Of a stretch of DNA of 64,000 bases, positions 10,120-20,256 are shown piece after piece. A program made the translations under genes and the position numbers. The stretch comes from an uncultured Actinomycetes bacterium (GTDB lineage: Bacteria; Actinomycetota; Thermoleophilia; UBA2241), in assembly GCA_963767005.1 (NCBI GenBank), contig CAVYCN010000004.1, positions 192,001-256,000 of the forward strand, written 5' to 3'. How positions within the stretch are numbered: position 1 is the first letter of the stretch; every line of letters starts with the position of its first letter. The notes below the pieces were generated by a model, which was not told the origin of the DNA, did no database searches, and was given only the letters and a program-made list of their open reading frames with translations.

Positions 10120-10182
10120 TGCAACCTTTTGCCGCCTGCAGCCGTCTAACGTGCAACCTTCTCGCTCATGACACCGTCTAAC
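10120..10182 (+). promoter_or_regulatory. Two tandem ECF-type promoters (TGCAAC-N17-CGTCTAAC x2)
   Basis: Copies at 10120-10150 and 10152-10182 with identical -35 and -10 elements and different spacers. Confidence 0.7.
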
Positions 10183-10746
10183 CTCGCGGACCATACCGAT
10201 CTGCCCGAGCCTAGCCCTCACGACGTGGCGGCTGCGGCGGCGGGCGATCGTGATGCGTTCCGCAGGATCGTCGAAAGGTATCAGGGCATGGTCTACACGA
10301 TGGCCTACAACCTGCTCGGCAACCACACCGACGCCGAGGACGCCTCGCAGGAGGCGTTCCTGCGGCTGCACCAGAAGCTGAGCGGGTTCCGCGGCTACTC
10401 CACGTTCACGACGTGGTTCTTCCGGCTCGCCCTGAACGCGATCATCGACTACCAGCGCCGCGACCGGAAGTACGGCGCCCTGCCCGACGTGCCCGAGCCG
10501 GTCGTCGACCCCGAGGCCGACGTCCTGCGGCGCGACGGCTACGCGAGGGTCATGCGCGCCCTCGGCGACCTGCCGCCCGACTACCGCCTGCCGCTCGTCC
10601 TGCGTGACCTGTACGGGCTGCGCTACGGCGAGATCTCCGACGCCCTCGACCGGCCGCTCGGCACGATCAAGGCCTGCGTGCATCGCGGCCGCACGTCGCT
10701 GCGCCTGCGGCTGCGGGCGAGCGGCGCGCTCGACGGAGACGACTGA
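10168..10746 (+). CDS. ECF sigma-70 factor (SigW/SigE-like); start codon uncertain
   Basis: GDRDAF, DAEDASQEAF, FTTWFFR, LRYGEIS..GTIKACVHRGR. Confidence 0.92.
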   Translation: MTPSNLADHTDLPEPSPHDVAAAAAGDRDAFRRIVERYQGMVYTMAYNLLGNHTDAEDASQEAFLRLHQKLSGFRGYSTFTTWFFRLALNAIIDYQRRDRKYGALPDVPEPVVDPEADVLRRDGYARVMRALGDLPPDYRLPLVLRDLYGLRYGEISDALDRPLGTIKACVHRGRTSLRLRLRASGALDGDD

Positions 10747-10807
10747 TGGACCGCGCCGCACGAGCCGATCAGGTCGACCGCGTCGCGGATCGTCCCGTGG
10801 AGGATCG

Positions 10808-11206
10808 ATGGACTGCGTAGCCTGTCGCGAGGTGGTGCAGCGCTTCATAGACGGCGAGCTCGGCGACGAGCAGGTCGTCGAGTTCCAGCGCCACCTGAGC
10901 TTCTGTCCCGAGTGCGCGGCCGAGCTGCGCGGCGTGTCGGCCGCGCGCGCCGTGCTGCAGGCCACCCGCGAGGTCACGGTCGAGGTGCCGGCGGGCTTTG
11001 CCGAGCGCGTCATGACCGCCCTCGACGAGCAGCCCGAGCCCACGTCGTTCGAGCGGCTCCTGTCGGCCGCGACCGGCGGCGTGCTGCCCGGACGGCTGCC
11101 CCGTCGCCTGCGGCTCTACACCTACTACGGCCTCGCCGCGACCGCCGCGATCGTCGGCCTGCAGTACGCGCTCGGCCGCAAGCCCGAGGGCGAGGCCAAG
11201 ATATGA
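10808..11206 (+). CDS. Zinc-binding anti-sigma factor (zf-HC2) with one C-terminal TM helix
   Basis: MDC..C..IDGEL..HLSFCPEC (HxxxCxxC); GGAGG RBS. Confidence 0.85.
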   Translation: MDCVACREVVQRFIDGELGDEQVVEFQRHLSFCPECAAELRGVSAARAVLQATREVTVEVPAGFAERVMTALDEQPEPTSFERLLSAATGGVLPGRLPRRLRLYTYYGLAATAAIVGLQYALGRKPEGEAKI

Positions 11207-11691
11207 GCGGCCTCACGCGCGAGCAGATCGAGGAGCTCATCCCCCATCGTCCGCCGTTCCTGCTGCTCGACGAGGTGGTCGAGCTCGAGCCCGGCGAGCG
11301 CTGCCACGCCCGCCGCCTGGTGCGCCCCGACGACTGGTGGTTCGCCGGGCACTTCCCCGACAACCCGGTCATGCCCGGCGTGCTGATCGTCGAGGCGCTC
11401 GCCCAGGCGGGTGTCGTCACGGCACTCTCGCACCCCGCCAACCGCGGCAAGCTGATCCTCTTCGCCGGCATCGACAAGGTGCGCTTCAAGCGGGTGGTCG
11501 TGCCGGGCGACACGCTCGACCTCAGGGTCGAGGTCACCATGGCGCGCAGCGCGGTCGGCCGCGGCAAGGTGAGCGCCAGCGTGCAGGGCGAGACGGCGTG
11601 TCGCGGCGAGCTCATGTTCGCGATGGCCGACGCCGCCGAGACGGCAGCCGGCCACGCCCGCCTGAGCCCGGGCGCCGGAGAGGACCGGTGA
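11203..11691 (+). CDS. fabZ: 3-hydroxyacyl-ACP dehydratase
   Basis: IPHRPPFLLLD, FAGHFP..PVMPGVLIVEALAQ. Confidence 0.95.
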   Translation: MSGLTREQIEELIPHRPPFLLLDEVVELEPGERCHARRLVRPDDWWFAGHFPDNPVMPGVLIVEALAQAGVVTALSHPANRGKLILFAGIDKVRFKRVVVPGDTLDLRVEVTMARSAVGRGKVSASVQGETACRGELMFAMADAAETAAGHARLSPGAGEDR

Positions 11692-12695
11692 TCGGGCTCC
11701 GTCGCGGACTCGTTCACGGGGCCAAGATCGCGGCGCTCGGCGTGTCGGTGCCCGAGCGGGTCCTCACCAACGACGAGCTGTCGCTCACCATCGACACCTC
11801 CGACGAGTGGATCTCGTCGCGCACCGGCATCCGCGAACGCCGCGTGTGCCGGGCCGACCAGGCCACGTCGGACCTCGCCGTCGAGGCGGCGACCGACCTG
11901 CTGGCGAGCAACGGCCACCGGGCCGAGGACATCGACCTCGTGATCAGCACCTCGCTCGTGCCCGACATGGTGTTCCCGGCGACGGCCTCGGTCGTGGCCG
12001 AGCGCATCGGCGCGGTCAACGCCGGGGCTTTCGATGTGCAGTCGGGCTGCACCGGCTTCGTGTACGGCCTGGCGACCGCCACGGCCTTCGTGTCGGCCGG
12101 CATCTACGACAACGTGCTGGTCACGGGGGCCGAGGCCGTGTCCAAGGCGCTCGACTGGCAGGACCGCGAGACGTGCGTGCTGTTCGGCGACGGCGCCGGC
12201 GCGGTGCTCGTGCGACCCAGCGACAACGGCTCGATCTTCGCGTTCGACCTCGGCAACGACGGCACCGGCGCGCCGTTCCTGAACATGCCGGCCGGGGGCA
12301 CGGCGCAGCCGGCGACGCACCAGACGGTCGACGAGCGCCAGCACTTCCTGCGCATGAACGGCCGCGAGGTCTACCGCTTTGCCACCCGCCGTGTGGTCGA
12401 GTCGTGCCGCAAGACCTTGGACGACGCCGGCGTGACCCCCGCCGAGGTCGACCTGTTCGTGCCGCACCAGGCCAACCTGCGCATCATCGAGAAGGTGGCG
12501 GCGCAGCTCGGCTTCGCCGAGGAGCAGGTGTTCTCGAACCTCGAGCGCTTCGGCAACACCTCGTGCGCGTCGATCCCCCTCTGCCTGCACGACGCCATGG
12601 CCCAGGGTCGTTTGAAGAAGGGCGACCGGCTGCTGATCGTGGGCTTCGGCGCCGGCCTCACCTGGGGCTCGTGCCTGACCAGGTGGGAGCTGTGA
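11688..12695 (+). CDS. fabH: Beta-ketoacyl-ACP synthase III
   Basis: DTSDEWI..RTGIRERR, SGCTGF, LFGDGAGA, PHQAN, GNTS, GFGAGLTWG. Confidence 0.95.
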   Translation: MIGLRRGLVHGAKIAALGVSVPERVLTNDELSLTIDTSDEWISSRTGIRERRVCRADQATSDLAVEAATDLLASNGHRAEDIDLVISTSLVPDMVFPATASVVAERIGAVNAGAFDVQSGCTGFVYGLATATAFVSAGIYDNVLVTGAEAVSKALDWQDRETCVLFGDGAGAVLVRPSDNGSIFAFDLGNDGTGAPFLNMPAGGTAQPATHQTVDERQHFLRMNGREVYRFATRRVVESCRKTLDDAGVTPAEVDLFVPHQANLRIIEKVAAQLGFAEEQVFSNLERFGNTSCASIPLCLHDAMAQGRLKKGDRLLIVGFGAGLTWGSCLTRWEL

Positions 12696-12720
12696 GCCCG
12701 ATCGGGAGCGCTGCGGGCCT

Positions 12721-13647
12721 GTGATCGCGCTGCTGTTCCCCGGCCAGGGTTCGCAGGCCGCCGGCATGGGCTGCGACCTCTACGACTCCTACCCGGTCGC
12801 CCGCGACGCCTTCGACGAGGCGAGCGAGGTGCTGGGCTACGACCTCACGGGCGTCTGCCGCATCGGCGATCCAGACCGCCTCGGACAGACCGAGATCACC
12901 CAGCCCGCCCTGCTGGCCCACTCGGTGGCCGCGCTGCGCGTCCTGCGCGAGGGCGGCCTGTCGTTCGACGCCGCGCTCGGCCACAGCCTCGGTGAGTACA
13001 GCGCGCTCGTCGCCACCGGGGCGCTCGGCTTTCGCCAGGCCGTCGCGCTCGTCAAGGCGCGTGGCGAGGCCATGGCCGCGGCGGCTGCGCGCAACCCCGG
13101 CGCCATGCTGGCCGTGATCGGCCTCGACGCCGGCGTCGTCGACGAGCTCTGCGCGGGCCTCGCCGAGACCTGGCCGGCGAACTACAACTGCCCTGGGCAG
13201 GTCGTCGTGAGCTGCGCCGAGGGCGCCGCGGCGAGGTTCGAGGAGGCGTCCCGGGCGGCCGGCGCACGGCGCGTCGTGCGCCTGGCGGTGAGCGGCGCCT
13301 TCCATTCGCCGCTCGTGGCGCCGGCCGCGGCCGCGCTGCGCGAGCGGCTTTCGGCGGCCTCCTGGGCGGCCCCGGACCCCGCCTTCTTCTCCACCTGTAG
13401 CGCGGCGTTCGAGACCGGCGGCTTCGCCGCGCTCCTCGAACGTCAGCTCGTGTCGCCCGTGCGCTTCGAGCAGTCGGTCCGCGGCCTGTCCGCGGCGGGA
13501 TACAATGCGTATCTCGAGGTCGGCCCGGGGGCCGTGCTCACCGGCCTCGTGAAGCGTATCGACGGAGCGGCCGTCACGGCGACCGCGGGCGACGTGGGTT
13601 CGCTCGTGCGCGTGCTCGAGGGCGGCCTCGCCAGCCAGGGAGGCTGA
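12721..13647 (+). CDS. fabD: Malonyl-CoA:ACP transacylase
   Basis: FPGQGSQ, GHSLGEY, VSGAFHS. Confidence 0.95.
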   Translation: MIALLFPGQGSQAAGMGCDLYDSYPVARDAFDEASEVLGYDLTGVCRIGDPDRLGQTEITQPALLAHSVAALRVLREGGLSFDAALGHSLGEYSALVATGALGFRQAVALVKARGEAMAAAAARNPGAMLAVIGLDAGVVDELCAGLAETWPANYNCPGQVVVSCAEGAAARFEEASRAAGARRVVRLAVSGAFHSPLVAPAAAALRERLSAASWAAPDPAFFSTCSAAFETGGFAALLERQLVSPVRFEQSVRGLSAAGYNAYLEVGPGAVLTGLVKRIDGAAVTATAGDVGSLVRVLEGGLASQGG

Positions 13648-13650
13648 CCG

Positions 13651-14406
13651 ATGACGACGACCATCGACCTGAGCGGCAGCGTGGCGCTCGTGACCGGCGC
13701 CGGCCGCGGGATCGGCCGTGAGATCGCCCTGACGCTGGCCGCGGCCGGCGCCGCCGTCGCCGTCAACGACTTCGCCGGCGAGGACGCCTGCCGGGCGGCC
13801 GTCGCCGACATCGAGGCGCTCGGCGCGGCGGCGATGTACGTCATGGGCGACGTCGGCGACGACGAGGCGGTGTACGCGATGGTCGAGCGCGTCGAGGCCG
13901 AGCTCGGGCCGCTCGGCGTGGTCGTCAACAACGCCGGCATCACGCGCGACAACGTCGTGATGCTGATGAGCCCCGACGACTTCGACGCCGTCCTGCGCAC
14001 GCACCTGCGCGGCACCTTCCTCGTGTCCAAGGCGGCGTCGCGCAAGATGCTGCGCCGGCGCGACGGCGTGATCGTCAACGTTTCGAGCGTGGTCGGCCGG
14101 CGCGGCAACGCCGGCCAGGCCAACTACGCGGCCGCCAAGGCCGGCATCATCGGCCTGACCAAGTCGCTCGCCAAGGAGCTCGGCGCGCGCAACATCCGGG
14201 TGAACGCGGTGGCGCCCGGCTACATCGACACGCCCATGACCCAGGCCCTGTCCGACGACGTACGCGCGGCGATCGTGGCGGCCACGCCGCTCAAGGGCAT
14301 CGGCGCGGCCTCCGACGTCGCCAACGCCGTGCTGTTTCTCGCCTCGCCGCTCGCGCGTTACATTACCGGGTGCACACTCCCGGTCGACGGCGGCCTCGGC
14401 ACTTGA
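13651..14406 (+). CDS. fabG: 3-oxoacyl-ACP reductase
   Basis: TGAGRGIG, NNAGITRD, GQANYAAAKAG; fab operon context. Confidence 0.93.
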   Translation: MTTTIDLSGSVALVTGAGRGIGREIALTLAAAGAAVAVNDFAGEDACRAAVADIEALGAAAMYVMGDVGDDEAVYAMVERVEAELGPLGVVVNNAGITRDNVVMLMSPDDFDAVLRTHLRGTFLVSKAASRKMLRRRDGVIVNVSSVVGRRGNAGQANYAAAKAGIIGLTKSLAKELGARNIRVNAVAPGYIDTPMTQALSDDVRAAIVAATPLKGIGAASDVANAVLFLASPLARYITGCTLPVDGGLGT

Positions 14407-14459
14407 CGGTGAGCCCGCGAAAGGCCGCCGCCCGGCCGAGCCCGAAGGAGCGATCCCAC

Positions 14460-15707
<1,248 letters not shown>

Positions 15708-15741
15708 TGGGCGCGCCGGTCGACAGGCGCCGGGGCGAGCG

Positions 15742-16734
15742 ATGAGCGTCACGGTCGAGATCGAGCGTCGCGCGAACGGCCCTCAGGACCGCCGCTGGAT
15801 CTGCCCGGCCTGCCGCGCCGATCACGACCACGCCGAGGTGCGCCGCAACCTGTGGGTGTGTCCGGCGTGCGGCCATCACCAGCGCCTGGGCGCGCGTGAC
15901 CGGATCGCCCAGCTCGCCGACGAGGGCACCTTCGTCGAGTACTGGGCCCATCTGCGCACGCTCGACCCCCTCGAGTTCGTCGACCTCGAGCCGTACCCTG
16001 AGCGCGTCCGCGAGGCGCAGGCCTCGAGCGGCTCGACCGAGGCGATCGTGGCGGGCACGGCGGCGATCGACGGCACGCCCTGCGTGCTCGCCGTCCTCGA
16101 CTTCAGCTTCATGGGCGGCAGCATGGGCAGCGTCGTCGGCGAGAAGCTCTGGCGCGCCGCCACGTCGGCGGCCGACGAGGGCCGGCCGCTCGTCGCTGTG
16201 GCGAGCTCGGGTGGGGCCCGCATGCAGGAGGGCGCGATCTCGCTCATGCAGATGGCCAAGACGACCTGCGCGGTCGACGTGTTGAACGACGCCCGCGTCC
16301 CGTTCGTCGCCGTGATGGCCGACCCGTGCACGGGCGGCGTCGTGGCGAGCTTCGTGAGCCTGGCCGACATCTGCCTGGCCGAACCCGGCGCCCTGCTCTA
16401 CTTCTCGGGCCCGCGGGTGATCGCCCAGACCACGCGCGAGCGGCTGCCGGCCGACTTCGGCACCGCCGAGCGCAACCTCGAGCTCGGTCACCTCGACGCC
16501 GTCGTGCCGCGTGCCGAGCTCAAAGGCAAGGTCGGCAACTACCTTCGTCTGTTGAGAGGAGGTGGTCAGCATGACGGACCCGGGCGACGAGAATCGCGAC
16601 GCCGAGGAGGCCGCACGCGACGGCTGGCTCGTGCAGCGTCTGCAAGAGTTGCGGCGGCTTTCAAGGATTCCGGGAGTGAACCTGTCGGAGGAGGCGGAGA
16701 GGCTCCAGGACCTGCTGAAGAGCCGCCGGCATGA
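15742..16734 (+). CDS. accD: Acetyl-CoA carboxylase carboxyltransferase beta subunit
   Basis: Zn ribbon CPAC..CPAC, FMGGSMG, SSGGARMQEG; extended C-tail overlapping accA. Confidence 0.92.
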   Translation: MSVTVEIERRANGPQDRRWICPACRADHDHAEVRRNLWVCPACGHHQRLGARDRIAQLADEGTFVEYWAHLRTLDPLEFVDLEPYPERVREAQASSGSTEAIVAGTAAIDGTPCVLAVLDFSFMGGSMGSVVGEKLWRAATSAADEGRPLVAVASSGGARMQEGAISLMQMAKTTCAVDVLNDARVPFVAVMADPCTGGVVASFVSLADICLAEPGALLYFSGPRVIAQTTRERLPADFGTAERNLELGHLDAVVPRAELKGKVGNYLRLLRGGGQHDGPGRRESRRRGGRTRRLARAASARVAAAFKDSGSEPVGGGGEAPGPAEEPPA

Positions 16735-17554
16735 ACGGCGGCGCCACGACACCTGGCTCACCGTCCAGATCGCGCGCAACAAGGACCGGCCCCGCACCAG
16801 CGACTACATCGGCTACCTGATCGAGGGGTTCGAGGAGCTCAAGGGCGACCGCCTGAGAGCCGACGACCGCGCCGTAGTCGGCGGCCTCGGCTGGTTCGAC
16901 GGCCGCGCCGTCGTCGTGGTCGGCCACCAGAAGGGCCGCACCCTCGACGAGCAGACGCGCCACAGCTTCGGCATGGCGCGACCCGAGGGCTACCGCAAGG
17001 CGCAACGGCTGTTCGCTCTGGCCGAGCGCCATCGCCTCGCCGTGCTGACCTTTGTCGACACGCCGGGCGCGTTCCCCGGCGTGGACGCCGAGGAGGGCGG
17101 ACAGGCGCGGGCCATCGCCGAGACGATGCTCACCATGGCGCGCCTGAGCGTGCCGGTGGTGGCCACATTGATCGGCGAAGGCGGCTCGGGCGGAGCGCTC
17201 GCCTTTGCCGTCGCCGACCGTGTCCTCATGCAGGAGAACGCGACCTACTCGGTCATCTCGCCCGAGGGCTGCGCCGCCATCCTGTGGCGCGACGCCGAGT
17301 TCGCCCCCCAGGCGGCCGAGGCGATGCGCCCCACCGCCTCGCAGCTCCTGCCACTCGGCGTCATCGACCGCGTCGTCGAGGAGCCCCGCGGCGGCGCCCA
17401 TCAGAACCCCGAGGCCGCCGCGCGGCGCGTGCACGAGGCGATCGGCGAGGCCCTGACCGAGCTCGAGGAGCTCACGCCGCGCGAGCGTCGCCTGCTGCGC
17501 CGCGAGCGCTTCCGCAAGCTCGGCGTGTGGGGCGGCGAGGGCGCGCCGGCCTGA
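16571..17554 (+). CDS. accA: Acetyl-CoA carboxylase carboxyltransferase alpha subunit
   Basis: GHQKG, PEGYRKA, DTPGAFPG, GEGGSGGA, YSVISPEGCAAILW; AGGAGGT RBS. Confidence 0.93.
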   Translation: MTDPGDENRDAEEAARDGWLVQRLQELRRLSRIPGVNLSEEAERLQDLLKSRRHERRRHDTWLTVQIARNKDRPRTSDYIGYLIEGFEELKGDRLRADDRAVVGGLGWFDGRAVVVVGHQKGRTLDEQTRHSFGMARPEGYRKAQRLFALAERHRLAVLTFVDTPGAFPGVDAEEGGQARAIAETMLTMARLSVPVVATLIGEGGSGGALAFAVADRVLMQENATYSVISPEGCAAILWRDAEFAPQAAEAMRPTASQLLPLGVIDRVVEEPRGGAHQNPEAAARRVHEAIGEALTELEELTPRERRLLRRERFRKLGVWGGEGAPA

Positions 17555-17585
17555 GCGAGCGGCCCCAGGCCGGCCTCGTGCTACC

Positions 17586-18539
17586 ATGGCGGGCGGTATG
17601 GACGCCGTTCCCGATCCCGCCGGCCCGGACGGCCGCGAGGCCGTCATCGTCGTCTCCCACCTGCGCAAGGACTACGCCGGCTTCACAGCGGTCGGCGACG
17701 CCTCGTTCGCGGTGGCGCGCGGCGAGATCTTCGGCCTGCTCGGCCCCAACGGCGCCGGCAAGACGACCACCGTCGAGTGCCTGCAGGGCCTGCGCGAGGC
17801 GAGCGGCGGCGCTATCTCCGTGCTCGGCCTCGACCCCATGCGCCAGGCGCGCGAGCTGCGACGGCGCATCGGCTGCCAGCTCCAGGAGGCCGCCCTGCCC
17901 GACCACATCCGGGTGTGGGAGGCGCTCGAGCTGTTCGCCTCGCTCACGCCGGGTGGCCGCGACTGGCGCGATGTGATGGCCGAATGGGGCCTCGCCGACA
18001 AGGCCAGGTCCGCCTTTCATACGCTCTCGGGTGGCCAGCGCCAGCGCCTCTTCGTGGCCCTGGCCGTGGTCAACGGCCCCGAGGTCGTGTTCCTCGACGA
18101 GATGACGACCGGGCTCGACCCCGCCGCCCGGCGCGTCGCCTGGAGCCTCATCCGCGAGATCCGCGAGCACGGCACGACCGTCGTGCTCGTGACTCACTTC
18201 ATGGAGGAGGCCGAGCGCCTGTGCGACCGCATCGCGGTCATGGACCGCGGCCGCGTCGTGGCGCTCGACAGCCCGCGCGGGCTCATCGCCGCCCATGCGG
18301 CGACCCTGCGCGTCGTGTTCACGACCGACGCCGACGTCGCCTTTCTGGCAGACGTGCCCGCGGTGCAGGCGGTGCGGCGTGAGGGGCCGCGGGTCACGGT
18401 CGAAGGTCGCGACGCCGTCCTCGCCCACGTGGCCGCCGCGCTCGTCGAGCGCGGCCTCGCGCCGCCCGACCTGCACCTCGAGGCGCCGACGCTCGAGGAC
18501 GTCTTCCTGGCGCTCACCGGACACGAGATGGCCGAATGA
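17586..18539 (+). CDS. ABC-2 type transporter ATP-binding protein
   Basis: GPNGAGKT, LSGGQRQR, FLDEMTTGLDP, LEDVFL. Confidence 0.9.
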   Translation: MAGGMDAVPDPAGPDGREAVIVVSHLRKDYAGFTAVGDASFAVARGEIFGLLGPNGAGKTTTVECLQGLREASGGAISVLGLDPMRQARELRRRIGCQLQEAALPDHIRVWEALELFASLTPGGRDWRDVMAEWGLADKARSAFHTLSGGQRQRLFVALAVVNGPEVVFLDEMTTGLDPAARRVAWSLIREIREHGTTVVLVTHFMEEAERLCDRIAVMDRGRVVALDSPRGLIAAHAATLRVVFTTDADVAFLADVPAVQAVRREGPRVTVEGRDAVLAHVAAALVERGLAPPDLHLEAPTLEDVFLALTGHEMAE

Positions 18540-19414
18540 ACGACGCGCCCGCACCGTCGTCGCAGCGCCCGCGCGGCCGACCCCGGCCCGCCGCCCCGGC
18601 ATCGCGGACGGCCGAGGTCGTCGCGGCGGGACCGGTCGCGGCCGGTCGCGGCCGCTGGGCGCTCGCCTCGCTCAGGGTCCTGCTGCGCATGACCTGGATC
18701 GAGACCAAGCTGCTCGTCCGCGAGCCCGTCACGCTGGTCTTCTCGTTCGCCTTCCCGGTGCTCGTCCTCGTGCTGCTCGGCGGCATCTTCGGGGGCCAGC
18801 GCATGGACGGCGGCGACTACGCCGGCCTGAAGATGATGGACTGGTACGTGCCCGGCTACATCGCCCTGGTCATCGCCGCGATCGGCACGGTCTCGATCCC
18901 GGTCCACGTGTCGACGTACCGCGAGCGCGGCGTGCTGCGCCGGTTCCGCGCCTCGGGGGTGTCGGAATGGATCCTGCTCGGCTCGCAGTTCCTGGTCGGC
19001 CTCGGCACCTGCCTGGTCGGCGGCGTGGTCATCGGCGTGCTCGGCGTGTTCGCCTACGGCGCCGCCGCGCCGGCCGACCCCGCCGGGGTCGCGCTCGGCT
19101 TCGTCGTGGCCGTGTTCGCCTTCTCGGCGATCGGCGTGCTGATCGCGTCGCTCGCGCCCACGGCGCGCGCCGCCCAGGGCGTCGGCCTGCTGATCTGGTT
19201 CATCATGATGTTCGTCTCGGGCACGAGCGCCCCGCCCGACATCCTGCCCGACTGGATGCTCGCCCTCGGCAAGTCGCTGCCGCTGTACCACACCGTGGTC
19301 GCGCTGGTCGATCCCTGGAACGGCTACGGCGTGAACTTGCTGCGCATCGTCATCGTGGGCGGCATCGGCGTGGCCACGACCCTCATGGCGGCCGGCCTCT
19401 TCCGCTGGGACTAG
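18536..19414 (+). CDS. ABC-2 type permease
   Basis: YRERGVLRR, six TM segments, C-terminal FRWD. Confidence 0.88.
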   Translation: MNDAPAPSSQRPRGRPRPAAPASRTAEVVAAGPVAAGRGRWALASLRVLLRMTWIETKLLVREPVTLVFSFAFPVLVLVLLGGIFGGQRMDGGDYAGLKMMDWYVPGYIALVIAAIGTVSIPVHVSTYRERGVLRRFRASGVSEWILLGSQFLVGLGTCLVGGVVIGVLGVFAYGAAAPADPAGVALGFVVAVFAFSAIGVLIASLAPTARAAQGVGLLIWFIMMFVSGTSAPPDILPDWMLALGKSLPLYHTVVALVDPWNGYGVNLLRIVIVGGIGVATTLMAAGLFRWD

Positions 19415-19478
19415 CGGGCGCCGACGCCCGGGACCGGTGCCGGGCCCCCCGCATGGGCGCGGTCGGCGCCGGTCGCGC

Positions 19479-20114
19479 TCAGAGCCGCTCGAGCGCCTCG
19501 TACAGGCGTTGCGTCACCGCGCGGGTGAGCTCGCTGAGCGCGGCGTCGCCGTAGACCCAGGCCTCGGCGAAGGGCCGCGTCACGGCGATCGCGCTGCCCC
19601 CTTCGTAAGGGAACACGGCGAGCGAGAAGCTCGCCGCCGCCGGTATGGTCGGTTCGATGGCGACAGCCTGCTCGACGGCGGACGGCAGGGCCACCTGCAC
19701 GAGGACGTAGTCGTCGGGCAGGCTCTCGAGTCCGAGGTCGAAAGAGCGAGTCTCGGCCAGGATGCGAAAGTCTTCCTCGGCGAACGTGCGGCGCAACAGG
19801 TCGAGCGTCTCGTCGGGGGACTCGTCGAACCGCAGGACGACGCGGAACAGGCCGACTTCGGCGTGGTCGTCGGCGTCGTCCGGCGGCGGGTACGTCGAGC
19901 GCAGGTGCGAGATGATCGCGTCGGAGCCGACGATCGCCTTGCGGCCGTCCTTGAGGACCGGCACCGCCTCCTGACCCGACACCCCGCGCACCTGCTCGCG
20001 CCGATCACGCCGCAGGGGCACGTTCACGCAGGTGTAGGTCAGCTCGAGCTCGGTCAGCACCTGGCGCACCCGATGGCAGTAGGGGCACCACTCGGTCTGG
20101 TAGAGCGTGAGCAT
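19479..20114 (-). CDS. Glutaredoxin/GST-N domain fused to a DUF302-like domain
   Basis: LYQTEWCPYC, VPVL.D, SDAII; C-terminal half resembles DUF302; AAGGAAGG RBS. Confidence 0.75.
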   Translation of the reverse strand: MLTLYQTEWCPYCHRVRQVLTELELTYTCVNVPLRRDRREQVRGVSGQEAVPVLKDGRKAIVGSDAIISHLRSTYPPPDDADDHAEVGLFRVVLRFDESPDETLDLLRRTFAEEDFRILAETRSFDLGLESLPDDYVLVQVALPSAVEQAVAIEPTIPAAASFSLAVFPYEGGSAIAVTRPFAEAWVYGDAALSELTRAVTQRLYEALERL

Positions 20115-20256
20115 GCGGCCTTCCTTGGTCGACGCTGCCGGTCGCGCCGGCGGCGTTCGCGCGCCGCCGGCGGCGCGCACGCCGCGAACGGGCGGTCGCG
20201 ACGCGCACAGCATACCTTCCCGGCGGCAAACCCGGGAGGGCCGCGCGGGTCGTGGG

